Assembly: GCA_963728205.1 (NCBI GenBank)
Contig: CAVSIV010000006.1
Span: 1,760,001-1,824,000 of the forward strand
DNA from: an uncultured Chloroflexia bacterium
GTDB lineage: Bacteria > Chloroflexota > Dehalococcoidia > UBA2979
DNA length: 64,000 nt
Reading direction: 5' to 3'
The translations under genes and the position numbers were made by a program. The notes under the pieces were generated by a model. The model searched no databases, was not told the origin of the DNA, and saw only the letters and a list, made by a program, of their open reading frames with translations. Of this stretch, positions 32,201 to 39,489 are shown one piece after another (the first letter of the stretch is position 1; every line of letters starts with the position of its first letter).

Positions 32201-33288
32201 TGCACGGCACCGATGCCGAGGTCGGTGCCGGACTGCTGGGCGCACTCCTCGCCGAGGAGGGCCGTCATCGCGAGGAGCCGCTGCGAGCGGGCCCGGTCGC
32301 CACCGGTGACCTCGAGGGCTCGGGTGCGCATCGTCGCCGCGTCGGCCAGGTGGCCCGCGTCGGTGACCCGGTCGAGGTGGCGGGAGTCGAGCACCACGAG
32401 GCGCCTCGCGGCGTCGAGCAGGTCGACGGTGCGCACCTGGTCGGGGTCGGCGTGCCGGACCGCGGCGGAGAGGACCGCCGGCACCCCTGCCTCGTCGGCG
32501 AGCCCCAGCAACCGGGCCGCGTGCGAGCGACAGCCGGGAGTGCCCTCGGGACCGCCCTGCAGGACGACCTCGACCGCCAGGCCGTCGCGGGGCAGGAGCG
32601 CGCGCCAGGACCGCAGCAGGTGCTGCGCGAGCTCGCGGTGCCCGGCGAGCAGGGCCCGGCCGACATCGGAGTCGGGGCCGAGAAGCACGAGCAGCCGGCT
32701 CCCCTCCTCGTCGGGTCGAGGTGACACCGCCCGCGGTTCCGTGCAGGAGCACCTCGACCCCGCCGCGTCCTCTCCCGGTCGAGGTGACACCGCCCGCGGT
32801 TCCGCGCAGGAGCACCTCGACCCCGCCGCACCTCCGCGAGCCCATCGCGCGAGGAGGTCGGGGGTGGTCACCGGGGTGCCGCGCTCACCCCGCAGGTGGG
32901 TCTCGGTGACGAGCCGGCACAGCGCGGCCCACCCGGCACCCGCGGCGACTCCCCCGGCCCGGCCCCGGGCGAGCACGGTGGCTCGCGGTCGCCTCGGGTC
33001 GACCAGGGCACCGCCGCGCACCGGGGCGCGGGTGCGCGAGGTCGAGAGGGGCCTCGACGATGACGTCGGCGCCTCGACGGCGAGGTCGACGCCGAGCACG
33101 GGAGCGATCCCTGCCCGGTCGCAGGCCGTGGCGAACCGCACCGCGCCGTAGAGCCCGTCACGGTCGGTGAGCGCGAGGGCGCCCTGCCCCTGGGCCGCGG
33201 CACGCTCGACGAGGTCCTCGGGCATGGATGCGCCGTAGCGCATCGAGAACCCCGACGCGACGTGGAGGTGGGTGAAGTCGTCCATCAC
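29269..33288 (-). CDS. dnaE2: Error-prone DNA polymerase III alpha subunit (DnaE2/ImuC)
   Basis: PHP HLHVASGFS/ALTDRDG; RGSGAGS; catalytic PDIDVDVE; KLDVLG; FGFCKAHA; OB fold QTPPVRSGRRVVFLTLDD; C-terminal LWHASPGS; SOS box upstream. Confidence 0.92.
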   Translation of the reverse strand: MMDDFTHLHVASGFSMRYGASMPEDLVERAAAQGQGALALTDRDGLYGAVRFATACDRAGIAPVLGVDLAVEAPTSSSRPLSTSRTRAPVRGGALVDPRRPRATVLARGRAGGVAAGAGWAALCRLVTETHLRGERGTPVTTPDLLARWARGGAAGSRCSCAEPRAVSPRPGEDAAGSRCSCTEPRAVSPRPDEEGSRLLVLLGPDSDVGRALLAGHRELAQHLLRSWRALLPRDGLAVEVVLQGGPEGTPGCRSHAARLLGLADEAGVPAVLSAAVRHADPDQVRTVDLLDAARRLVVLDSRHLDRVTDAGHLADAATMRTRALEVTGGDRARSQRLLAMTALLGEECAQQSGTDLGIGAVHLPEAEILGIAPDEDPMVVLAQRCRAAVGWRYPAARESEHQVVLDRLDEELAVVRALGYPTYFLTVAEVTDLIRARGVRVAARGSGAGSLVNHLLGISGVDPIRHRLLMERFCSPLRAELPDIDVDVESARRTEIYEAVLERFGGDRVTCVSMMDTYKVRHAVRDVGAALGLPPVEIDEIAKAFPHIRAKDARHAIADLPELRSRGLDSPRLAAFFDLVEALDGLPRHIALHPCGIVLSNSGLLDRTPVEASWMGFPMSQFDKDDVETLGFLKLDVLGIRMQSAMAHAVAEVERVTGERVDLDDEAQVPRDDAATYELIRTTRTLGMFQIESPGQRELVGKLGPAAFDDLIVDISLFRPGPVKSDMITPFLNSRHGWSERRFLHPSLVPALEETEGVVVFHEQVLLIVAETTGVSLAQADEVRRTMGTPAGQEQVEAWWRPAAKARGYSAGDRDAIWEVLRSFASFGFCKAHAAAFALPTFHSAWLKTHHPAAFLAGVLTHDPGMYPKRLILDDVRSFGIPVLGLDVNASGDTYRVEPVDGPADPADPADPVERTEHAASGPLEAACSVHSTGEVPGWRRPHQPYGIRLSLADVKGISAAEVARIVAGQPYADLGDFWTRARVSRPVTERLVLAGAFDALHAMGGSSGLGRRGRVTRRDLLLHVAELERWERGGAGPARSSRRLAVPSISPQREVGSSPVDVRERAAAQSQAAREVVPARDQQVQLTLDLGDRPRLTSGTGLPEMTGPERVRAELDVLGLDVSAHVVEFYEPMLRALGVTRSRDLLTSRSRSEVWVAGVKVATQTPPVRSGRRVVFLTLDDGTGPSDCTFFEDVQGPYAGVVFHSWLLLVRGVVRRTGDRGVSIRATGAWELASLWDAWQTGGAAGVWAAVEAGEEDARARAEATAEAARERDQRTGRRVLVHASGFRQSPYADTRPPGADPRSGRGAPGLDGAASTSAPAMPSRKLWHASPGSSGH
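30485..30552. repeat. Palindromic element inside dnaE2 (26-bp arms with 1 mismatch, 16-nt loop)
   Basis: CCCGTCGAGTGAACAGAACACGCCGC ... GCGGCGTGTTCTGTTCTCTCGACGGG. Confidence 0.9.
32713..32829. repeat. Two tandem 63-bp units inside dnaE2, each bounded by GGTCGAGGTG...CACCTCGACC
   Basis: Units start at 32714 and 32777; translated as the 21-aa repeat AAGSRCSC(A/T)EPRAVSPRP(G/D)E(D/E). Confidence 0.9.
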
Positions 33289-33291
33289 CGC

Positions 33292-33711
33292 TCAGGCCGT
33301 GCGGACGGGAACCAGCCGCCGCGGTCGGTGTGCCGAGGGAAGGCCCAACCGGGCCGCCGCGAGGTCCACGAAGGTCTCGGCGTCACGGAGCAGGTCGTCG
33401 GCCTCGCGGGCGCTGACCCGCACCAGCCCCGTCTCGACGCCGACACGCTGCCCGGTGACCGCGGAGAACCGCTCCGACCACTCGGTGAGCTCGGGCGCGA
33501 CGCGCGAGGTCAGCGACCAGACGTCGTGCGGGCCGGTGCGACTGGCCGCGGGGGCCGTGGCCGACCCGGCGGCGACCAGCGCGGCGGCGGCGCGCAGCGC
33601 GGCCAGCGAGGCGGCGAGGTAGCGCTCGGAGGCGAGCGAGGCGGTGTACCCGCCCGTGATCGCCTCACGCGATCGGTCCAGGAGGTCCAGGGTGGTGGCA
33701 GCGTGACTCAT
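33292..33711 (-). CDS. SAV_6107-family HEPN domain protein
   Basis: ERYLAASLAALRAAAALV...VWSL..RVAPELTEW..F...READDLLRDAETF. Confidence 0.8.
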   Translation of the reverse strand: MSHAATTLDLLDRSREAITGGYTASLASERYLAASLAALRAAAALVAAGSATAPAASRTGPHDVWSLTSRVAPELTEWSERFSAVTGQRVGVETGLVRVSAREADDLLRDAETFVDLAAARLGLPSAHRPRRLVPVRTA

Positions 33712-33721
33712 CGGGTCTCCT

Positions 33722-34045
33722 CTAGTCGTGGGCTCGCAGGAGGAGCCAGTGGTCGTCGTCGCGGCCGAGGTCGAAGACCCCCGCCGGGCCCGAGGGAGGA
33801 GCCGCCTCCACCCGCCAGACCTCGCGCTGGGTGCTCGGGACACCGGTGGAGGGCTGGTCACCCACCTCACGCCACCACGCCCGGCGTTCCTGCCACGAGG
33901 AGAGCACGGCGCACACGGTGTAGCGGCGCCCGCGCCAGACGAAGTCCCGCGGTGCCCCGCCGTCGGCAGTGGATGCCGCAGCGGGCCTCCCGGCTCCCGC
34001 ACCGGAGCCACGGACCGTGACGGGTTCGTCGTGCCGACGCACCAT
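33722..34045 (-). CDS. DUF6504 family protein
   Basis: MVRRHDEPVTV...PRDFVWRGRRYTV..VLSSWQE..AWW...EVWRVEA...GVFDL...WLLLRAHD; GGAGG RBS. Confidence 0.8.
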   Translation of the reverse strand: MVRRHDEPVTVRGSGAGAGRPAAASTADGGAPRDFVWRGRRYTVCAVLSSWQERRAWWREVGDQPSTGVPSTQREVWRVEAAPPSGPAGVFDLGRDDDHWLLLRAHD

Positions 34046-34112
34046 GGCGACCTCCGGCGAGCAGGGCCGACCGGCCGGCGACCCTGCGGAGGCGCCGGCA
34101 ACCGGCCGAACG

Positions 34113-34146
34113 GTGATCTGGTCGAACACGTGTTCGACCAGATCAC
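34113..34146. promoter_or_regulatory. LexA (SOS) box TCGAAC-ACGT-GTTCGA (34122-34137) within a perfect 34-bp palindrome
   Basis: GTGATCTGGTCGAACACGTGTTCGACCAGATCAC matches the actinobacterial consensus TCGAAC-N4-GTTCGA exactly. Confidence 0.9.
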
Positions 34147-34147
34147 T

Positions 34148-34169
34148 ACTGTAGCCCGCCCCCCCGACA
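34148..34169 (-). promoter_or_regulatory. PafBC / RecA-NDp promoter TGTCGG-N10-TACAGT driving DUF6504-HEPN-dnaE2
   Basis: Minus strand reads TGTCGG GGGGGCGGGC TACAGT, an exact match to TGTCGG-N10-TA-N3-T. Confidence 0.8.
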
Positions 34170-34249
34170 CCCCGTCAAGCCCGTTCCGGGCACAGCAGGC
34201 CACCCGCAGGGGGCAGCGCGGCGGGCTCCTCCACCCCTACGCTGTGCCC

Positions 34250-34819
34250 ATGCCGAACGAGCAGGCGGGTGGCGTCGGCGGCGCCCCCACCGGGATCGAG
34301 CCCCTCCCCCCGGGCGAGCCACCGGCGCGCGACCTCACGACCCACCCCCTCGTCTCCCGGGTGCTCGAGACCCTGGCGCTGCACCACGTGCGACCCGAGC
34401 TGCGACAGCTCCCCGAGGCGGCGCGCACCGCGAAGGCCGCGGCCGCGGCCCTGGGGGTGTCCCCCGCCGAGATCGCCAACAGCCTCGTCTTCGCCGCGAC
34501 CCATGACGACGGAGCGCTCGGTCCCCTCCTCGTCCTGACCTCGGGGGCCCACCGCGTCGACACCGCCAAGGTCGCCGAGCTCGCCCACCTCGTCTCCCTC
34601 GACCGGGCCGACCCCGCGTTCGTCCTCGAGCACACGGGGATGGTCATCGGAGGGGTCGCACCGGTCGGGCACCCGGAGCACATCCGCACCATCATCGACG
34701 TCACCCTCGGGCGCTACCGCAGGGTCTGGGCCGCCGCCGGCCACAGCCACACCGTCTTCGCGACCACCTACGACGAGCTGATCCGGGTCACCGGTGGACA
34801 CCCGATGGACGTCGCCTGA
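34250..34819 (+). CDS. YbaK/EbsC family aminoacyl-tRNA deacylase
   Basis: ARTA..AAAALG..IANSLVF, SGAHRVD, TGMVIGGVAPVGH, WAAAG. Confidence 0.88.
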   Translation: MPNEQAGGVGGAPTGIEPLPPGEPPARDLTTHPLVSRVLETLALHHVRPELRQLPEAARTAKAAAAALGVSPAEIANSLVFAATHDDGALGPLLVLTSGAHRVDTAKVAELAHLVSLDRADPAFVLEHTGMVIGGVAPVGHPEHIRTIIDVTLGRYRRVWAAAGHSHTVFATTYDELIRVTGGHPMDVA

Positions 34820-34873
34820 GCGCGTCGTGCGACGACGACGCAGGTCGTCAGAACCACCGCCTAGGGTGGCGGC

Positions 34874-35593
34874 ATGAGCGAACCCACGGACATCATCCTG
34901 CTCGGCGGCCTCTGGCTCGACGGGACGATCTGGGACGACGTCGTCATCGCCCTGGAGTCCCTCGGCCACCGCGCGGTGCCCCTCACCCTCCCCGGCCAGG
35001 GCGACGGCGCGAGCAGTGCGGGGCTGGAGGACCAGGTCGACGCCGTGCTCACCGCGGTCGACGGGGCACCGGGGCGGGTCGTCGTGGTCGGGCACTCCGC
35101 CGCGTGCACCCTCGCATGGCTTGCCGCCGATGCCCGCCCGGGCGCCCTCGCCGGCGTGGTGCTCATCGGCGGGTTCCCCTCCGCGGACGGCGAGCGCTAC
35201 GCCGACTTCTTCCCCATGCGCGACGGCGCGATGCCCTTTCCCGGCTGGGAGCCCTTCGAGGGCCCCGACTCCGCCGACCTCGACGAGACCGCACGGGCGC
35301 GCATCGCCGACGGTGCCGTCCCGGTGCCCGAGGGCGTGGCCCGTGGGGTGGTCCGCCTGCGCGACGAGCGACGGTTCGACGTGCCCGTGACGCTCATCTG
35401 CCCGGAGTTCACCCCGAGCCAGGCCCGCGAGTGGATCGACGGCGGAGACCTCCCCGAGCTGGCCCGCGCCCACGACCTCCGGCTCGTCGACCTCGACACC
35501 GGGCACTGGCCCATGGTCAGCGCGCCGACCACGCTCGCGGTGGCCATCGCCGCCACGACCACAGGTCCGCCACCCAGCGCCACGACGGCCTGA
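34874..35593 (+). CDS. Alpha/beta hydrolase
   Basis: GLWLDG..W, VVGHSAA nucleophile elbow, TGHWPM. Confidence 0.85.
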   Translation: MSEPTDIILLGGLWLDGTIWDDVVIALESLGHRAVPLTLPGQGDGASSAGLEDQVDAVLTAVDGAPGRVVVVGHSAACTLAWLAADARPGALAGVVLIGGFPSADGERYADFFPMRDGAMPFPGWEPFEGPDSADLDETARARIADGAVPVPEGVARGVVRLRDERRFDVPVTLICPEFTPSQAREWIDGGDLPELARAHDLRLVDLDTGHWPMVSAPTTLAVAIAATTTGPPPSATTA

Positions 35594-35655
35594 CGCGCAC
35601 CTGCGACCTCAGCGGACCGTTCGGCGACGGGTCATCCCATGCCGCGACGCGCGTG

Positions 35656-36561
35656 TCACAGCGAGAGGTTCTGGTGCACCTCGAGCGTCGCCGTCGAGCG
35701 GTTCATCGTGATGAAGTGGATGCCGGGCGCACCCTCGTCGAGCAGCCGCTGCCCGATCTCGGTGGCGATCTGCACGCCGACCGAGCGCACCGCCTCGGGG
35801 TCGTCCTTGACCGCCTCCAGGCGAGCGACGAGCCCGGGTGGCAGGGGCGTGCCCATGAGCTCGGACATCCGGGTCACCTGGCGCAGGTTGGTCACGGGCA
35901 TCAGCCCGGGCGTGATCGGGAGGGTGCGGCGCGCCGACACCCGGTCGCGCAACCGCAGGTAGGACTCGGGATCGAAGACCATCTGCGTGATCGCGAACTC
36001 CGCTCCCGCGTCGGCCTTGCGCACGAGCACCTCGACGTCGTGGTCGAGGCCGGGGCTGTCCGGGTGCACGTCGGGGAACGCGGCCACACCGATGGTGAGG
36101 TCCCCCAGCCCATGGATCAGCTCGACGAGCTGGTCGGCGTGGTCCAGTCCCTCCGGGTGCCGGACCCACTCGCCCCGGGCGTTGCCGGGCGGGTCGCCGC
36201 GCAGGGCGAGGATGTTGCGGATGCCGGACGCGGCGTACGCTCCGACGACCTGCCGGACCTCGCGGACGGACGCACCGACGCAGGTGAGGTGGGCGAGGGG
36301 GGTCAGGGAGGTCTCGTCCGCGATGCGAGCCGTCACCCGAACGGTGCGGTCCTGGGTGGTACCCCCGGCGCCGTAGGTCACCGACACGAAGGCCGGCCGC
36401 ACCCGCTCGAGACGTCGGATGGCCATCCACAGCGCGGCCTCGGACTCGTCGTCCTTGGGCGGGAAGAACTCGAAGCTGATCGAGGGGGCGTCCTGCGCGA
36501 GCCGCGCAGGAATCGAGGCGACCAGGTGCGCCGGACGCCCGCCTCCTCCGTAGTGAGCCAT
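35656..36561 (-). CDS. metF: Methylenetetrahydrofolate reductase
   Basis: SFEFFPPK, FVSVTYGAGG, AHLTCV, LALRGDPP, AITQM, HFITMNRS. Confidence 0.93.
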   Translation of the reverse strand: MAHYGGGGRPAHLVASIPARLAQDAPSISFEFFPPKDDESEAALWMAIRRLERVRPAFVSVTYGAGGTTQDRTVRVTARIADETSLTPLAHLTCVGASVREVRQVVGAYAASGIRNILALRGDPPGNARGEWVRHPEGLDHADQLVELIHGLGDLTIGVAAFPDVHPDSPGLDHDVEVLVRKADAGAEFAITQMVFDPESYLRLRDRVSARRTLPITPGLMPVTNLRQVTRMSELMGTPLPPGLVARLEAVKDDPEAVRSVGVQIATEIGQRLLDEGAPGIHFITMNRSTATLEVHQNLSL

Positions 36562-36647
36562 GGCGGTGAGGGTAGTCCAGCACCGACACCGTAGGCTCCT
36601 GGCAGCCACGATCCGACCGTCGACCCGTCCGCCAAGGGGGTGCGCCC

Positions 36648-37733
36648 GTGACCAGTCCCCTCGAGGACGTCGACCTCCCTGCCCGGATCCAGGCGTGCCT
36701 GGACCGCGAGCTCGACACGCAGGCCGCGACACTCGCCGAGCTCGGGCCCGACGTGGAGGAGCTCCTCGTCGCGATCGCTGACCTCCTGAGAGGGGGGAAG
36801 CGGCTCAGGGCGGCCTTCCTCTACTGGGGTCACCGTGCCTCGGGGCGTCCCGACTCCGAGGCGCTCGTGCGGCTGGCGAGCTCGATGGAGCTCTTCCAGG
36901 CGGCCGCGCTCATCCACGACGACGTGATGGACGACTCCGACACCCGGCGCGGGCTCCCCGCGGCGCACCGCGTCTTCGCCGCCGGGCACCTGGAGCGGGG
37001 GTGGAGTGGGGATCCCGACCGCTTCGGCCTCGCCGGCGCCGTGCTGGCCGGCAACCTGTGCCTCGCGTGGTCCGACGAGGTCTATGCCACGTGCGGGCTG
37101 CCGGCCGCCGACGTCGCGCGTGGGCGGCCGGTCTTCGACCTCATGCGCACCCAGCTGATGGCCGGGCAGTTCCTCGACGTCGTCGAGTCGATGCGCCCCT
37201 GGGCCGGGCTGGATGCCGGGGAGCGGGTCGAGCGGGCGACCAGGGTCATCCGCTACAAGAGCGCGAAGTACAGCGTGGAGCACCCGCTGCTCATCGGGGC
37301 GACGGTGGGCGGACTCGGCGGGGCGGACCTCGATGCGCTCTCGGCCTACGGCCTGTCCCTCGGCCAGGCCTTCCAGCTGCGCGATGACCTCCTCGGCGTC
37401 TTCGGGGACCCTGCGCAGACGGGCAAGCCGGCCGGTGACGACCTGCGCGAGGGCAAGCGCACGGTGCTCCTGGCCCACACGCTGGCAGGCTCCGGCCCCG
37501 ACTCCCGCGACCTCGTGGAGTCCCTGGTGGGCCGCGCCGACCTCGATGACGAGCAGGTCGGGGCGATCCGGGAGGTGATCACCGACTCCGGAGCCGTCGA
37601 GGTGATCGAGCGCGAGATCCAGGCCCTGGCGTCCTCGGCCCACGCGGCCCTGGCGTCCGCGGCCGGGGTGGCTGCCGACGCACGAGGCGCGCTGGCGCAG
37701 CTGGTCGAGGTCGCGACCGCCCGTTCGGCCTGA
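36648..37733 (+). CDS. Polyprenyl (geranylgeranyl) diphosphate synthase
   Basis: GGKRLR, LIHDDVMD..DTRRG, GQFLD, FQLRDDLLG, DDLREGK. Confidence 0.92.
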   Translation: MTSPLEDVDLPARIQACLDRELDTQAATLAELGPDVEELLVAIADLLRGGKRLRAAFLYWGHRASGRPDSEALVRLASSMELFQAAALIHDDVMDDSDTRRGLPAAHRVFAAGHLERGWSGDPDRFGLAGAVLAGNLCLAWSDEVYATCGLPAADVARGRPVFDLMRTQLMAGQFLDVVESMRPWAGLDAGERVERATRVIRYKSAKYSVEHPLLIGATVGGLGGADLDALSAYGLSLGQAFQLRDDLLGVFGDPAQTGKPAGDDLREGKRTVLLAHTLAGSGPDSRDLVESLVGRADLDDEQVGAIREVITDSGAVEVIEREIQALASSAHAALASAAGVAADARGALAQLVEVATARSA

Positions 37734-37748
37734 GGGGTCTCCTCCGGC

Positions 37749-38132
37749 CTAGAAGGCCTCCTCCATCGCACGGCGGCGGACCTCGGTCTTGAACCCCGCG
37801 AGGATCGCGTCGATGGGGGCTCCGGGCACCGGAAGGGTGTCGTCCGGGGTGTGCAGCCAGCGGATGATCTCCTCGTCGTTCATCCCGCCGTCGGCGAGCA
37901 CCGTGAAGGTGCCCTTGAGCTCAGGGAGCGGACCGTCGGGCCCGAGGAAGCGGCCAGGGACGGCGACCACGCGCCGCTCGCCGACGCGCAGCGAGAGCAG
38001 TTCCCGGTCGGCGAGGAGCTGGCGGACCGACGAGAGCGAGATCCCGTACCGCTCGGCGATGTCGGGGACCGTGACCCAGCTGTCGACGAGGTCCTCGGTG
38101 TCGTGGTCGGGTCGGCTCGGTTCGTCGCTCAC
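37749..38132 (-). CDS. Rv2175c family DNA-binding protein
   Basis: WVTVPDIAE HTH, LKGTFTVLADGG..EEIIRWL, KTEVRRRA; syntenic between the prenyl synthase and the PASTA kinase. Confidence 0.85.
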   Translation of the reverse strand: MSDEPSRPDHDTEDLVDSWVTVPDIAERYGISLSSVRQLLADRELLSLRVGERRVVAVPGRFLGPDGPLPELKGTFTVLADGGMNDEEIIRWLHTPDDTLPVPGAPIDAILAGFKTEVRRRAMEEAF

Positions 38133-38250
38133 GGTGGACAGGGTGTCACACGGGCACTGCGCGGCGCCCCGGACACGACTGCCCCCCGAGAAACCGCAGG
38201 GTGCGCGCCACGGGCTCGACTTCGGTAGCGTGAGCCCCAAGCTCATCATC

Positions 38251-38266
38251 TGTCACATCCGTCACA
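38251..38266. promoter_or_regulatory. CRP/GlxR-like site upstream of the LysM-SLT gene
   Basis: TGTCA CATCCG TCACA, one mismatch to TGTGA-N6-TCACA. Confidence 0.45.
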
Positions 38267-38281
38267 CCTGAGGACGACCCC

Positions 38282-39437
38282 ATGGCCATCGCTGCCACGC
38301 CAGCCGCCGCCCCGCCCACCGCCGCGTACCTCCCTGCTCGGTCGCGGCGTCGAACGCCGCGCCACACGGGTGGACGACGCACCGGGTCCGCAGCGGGGAC
38401 ACCCTCATCGGCATCGCCGCCCGCTACCGGAGCACGGTCGACGTCATCGCGACGCGCAACAACATCCGCAACCGCTCCCACATCGTCGTGGGCACCACCC
38501 TCAGCGTCCCCAGGACCTCTGCGGCGGCCAGAAGACCACCACCGGGAGTCCACCCCGGCGGCGTCGTCCCGCGTCCACGTCGTGCGCAGTGGCGACACCC
38601 TCATCGGCATCGCCGCGAAGTACCACGTCAGCCTCGCCTCGGTGCTCAAGGCGAACCACCTCTCCATGCGGTCGACGATCTACGTCGGCCAGAAGGTCAA
38701 GGTCCGCGGTGCCGCGACCACGACGAGCGCCGCGAAGGCATCCACGAGGAAGCCCGCACCGCCGCGAAACCCAGCGCCACGAGCTACAGGGTCCGCGCCG
38801 GCGACACCCTCGGCGCCATCGCCCGCGCGCACGGCACGACGGTCTCGGCGATCACCAAGGCCAACGGGATCTCCTCGCGGTCGCTGATCCACCCGGGGCA
38901 GACGCTGAGCCTGCCCGGGGCCAAGAAGCCGGCCGCCGCGGCGAAGAAGACGTCAGCCGTCCCGGACACCTACCTGGGAGTCACCTATCCGAAGAAGGTG
39001 GCCGAGGCTGCCGCTCACAACCGGGCGGTGCTGGCCAAGCGCAAACACCCAGCCGCAGTGCGACCAAGGACCTCATCATCGCCACCGCCCGCAGGCACGG
39101 GGTCGACCCCAAGCTCGCCCTCGCCATCGCCTGGCAGGAGTCGGGGTGGAACCAACGGGCGGTCTCCCCCGCCAACGCGGTCGGCGTGATGCAGGTCATC
39201 CCCGCCGGGGGGCAGTGGGCCTCCGACCTCACCGGCCGCAGGCTGGACCTCCTCGACACCGAGGACAACATCACCGCCGGGGTCGTCATGCTCCGGGCGC
39301 TCGGGCGGTCCACGTCGAGCACCGAGAATGCCGTGGCCGCCTACTACCAAGGGCTGACCTCCCTGCGCGAGCGGGGGATGTACACCGACACCGGCCGCTA
39401 CGTCGACACGGTCATGGCGCTGCGCAAGACCATGTGA
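38282..39437 (+). CDS. LysM (x3) + SLT lytic transglycosylase; several frameshifts
   Basis: Three GDTL..IA LysM repeats in alternating frames; AIAWQESGWNQ, AVGVMQVIP, AAYYQG. Confidence 0.85.
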
Positions 39438-39489
39438 TCACGGACGGAGGGTGGCCGAGATGGTGTCTGGCGCTACGTACACTCGTGCG

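Noticed and set aside
29434-32724. 1096-aa ORF on the + strand, and many similar long antisense ORFs (e.g. 52568-54265, 57465-59507, 59691-61823)
   Set aside because: Shadow ORFs opposite well-supported genes, expected at ~70% GC; no recognisable motifs
32713-32829. Mini CRISPR array
   Set aside because: Only two units, near-identical throughout with no unique spacers, inside a CDS, and no cas genes in the window
29269-33288. Intein as the explanation for the long (1339 aa) DnaE2
   Set aside because: Extra length comes from short repeat-derived and low-complexity inserts; no intein block ending in His-Asn and no homing endonuclease motifs seen
36569-36588. TGTCGG upstream of metF as a PafBC site
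   Set aside because: Spacing to the TACCCT -10 is 8 nt rather than the required 10
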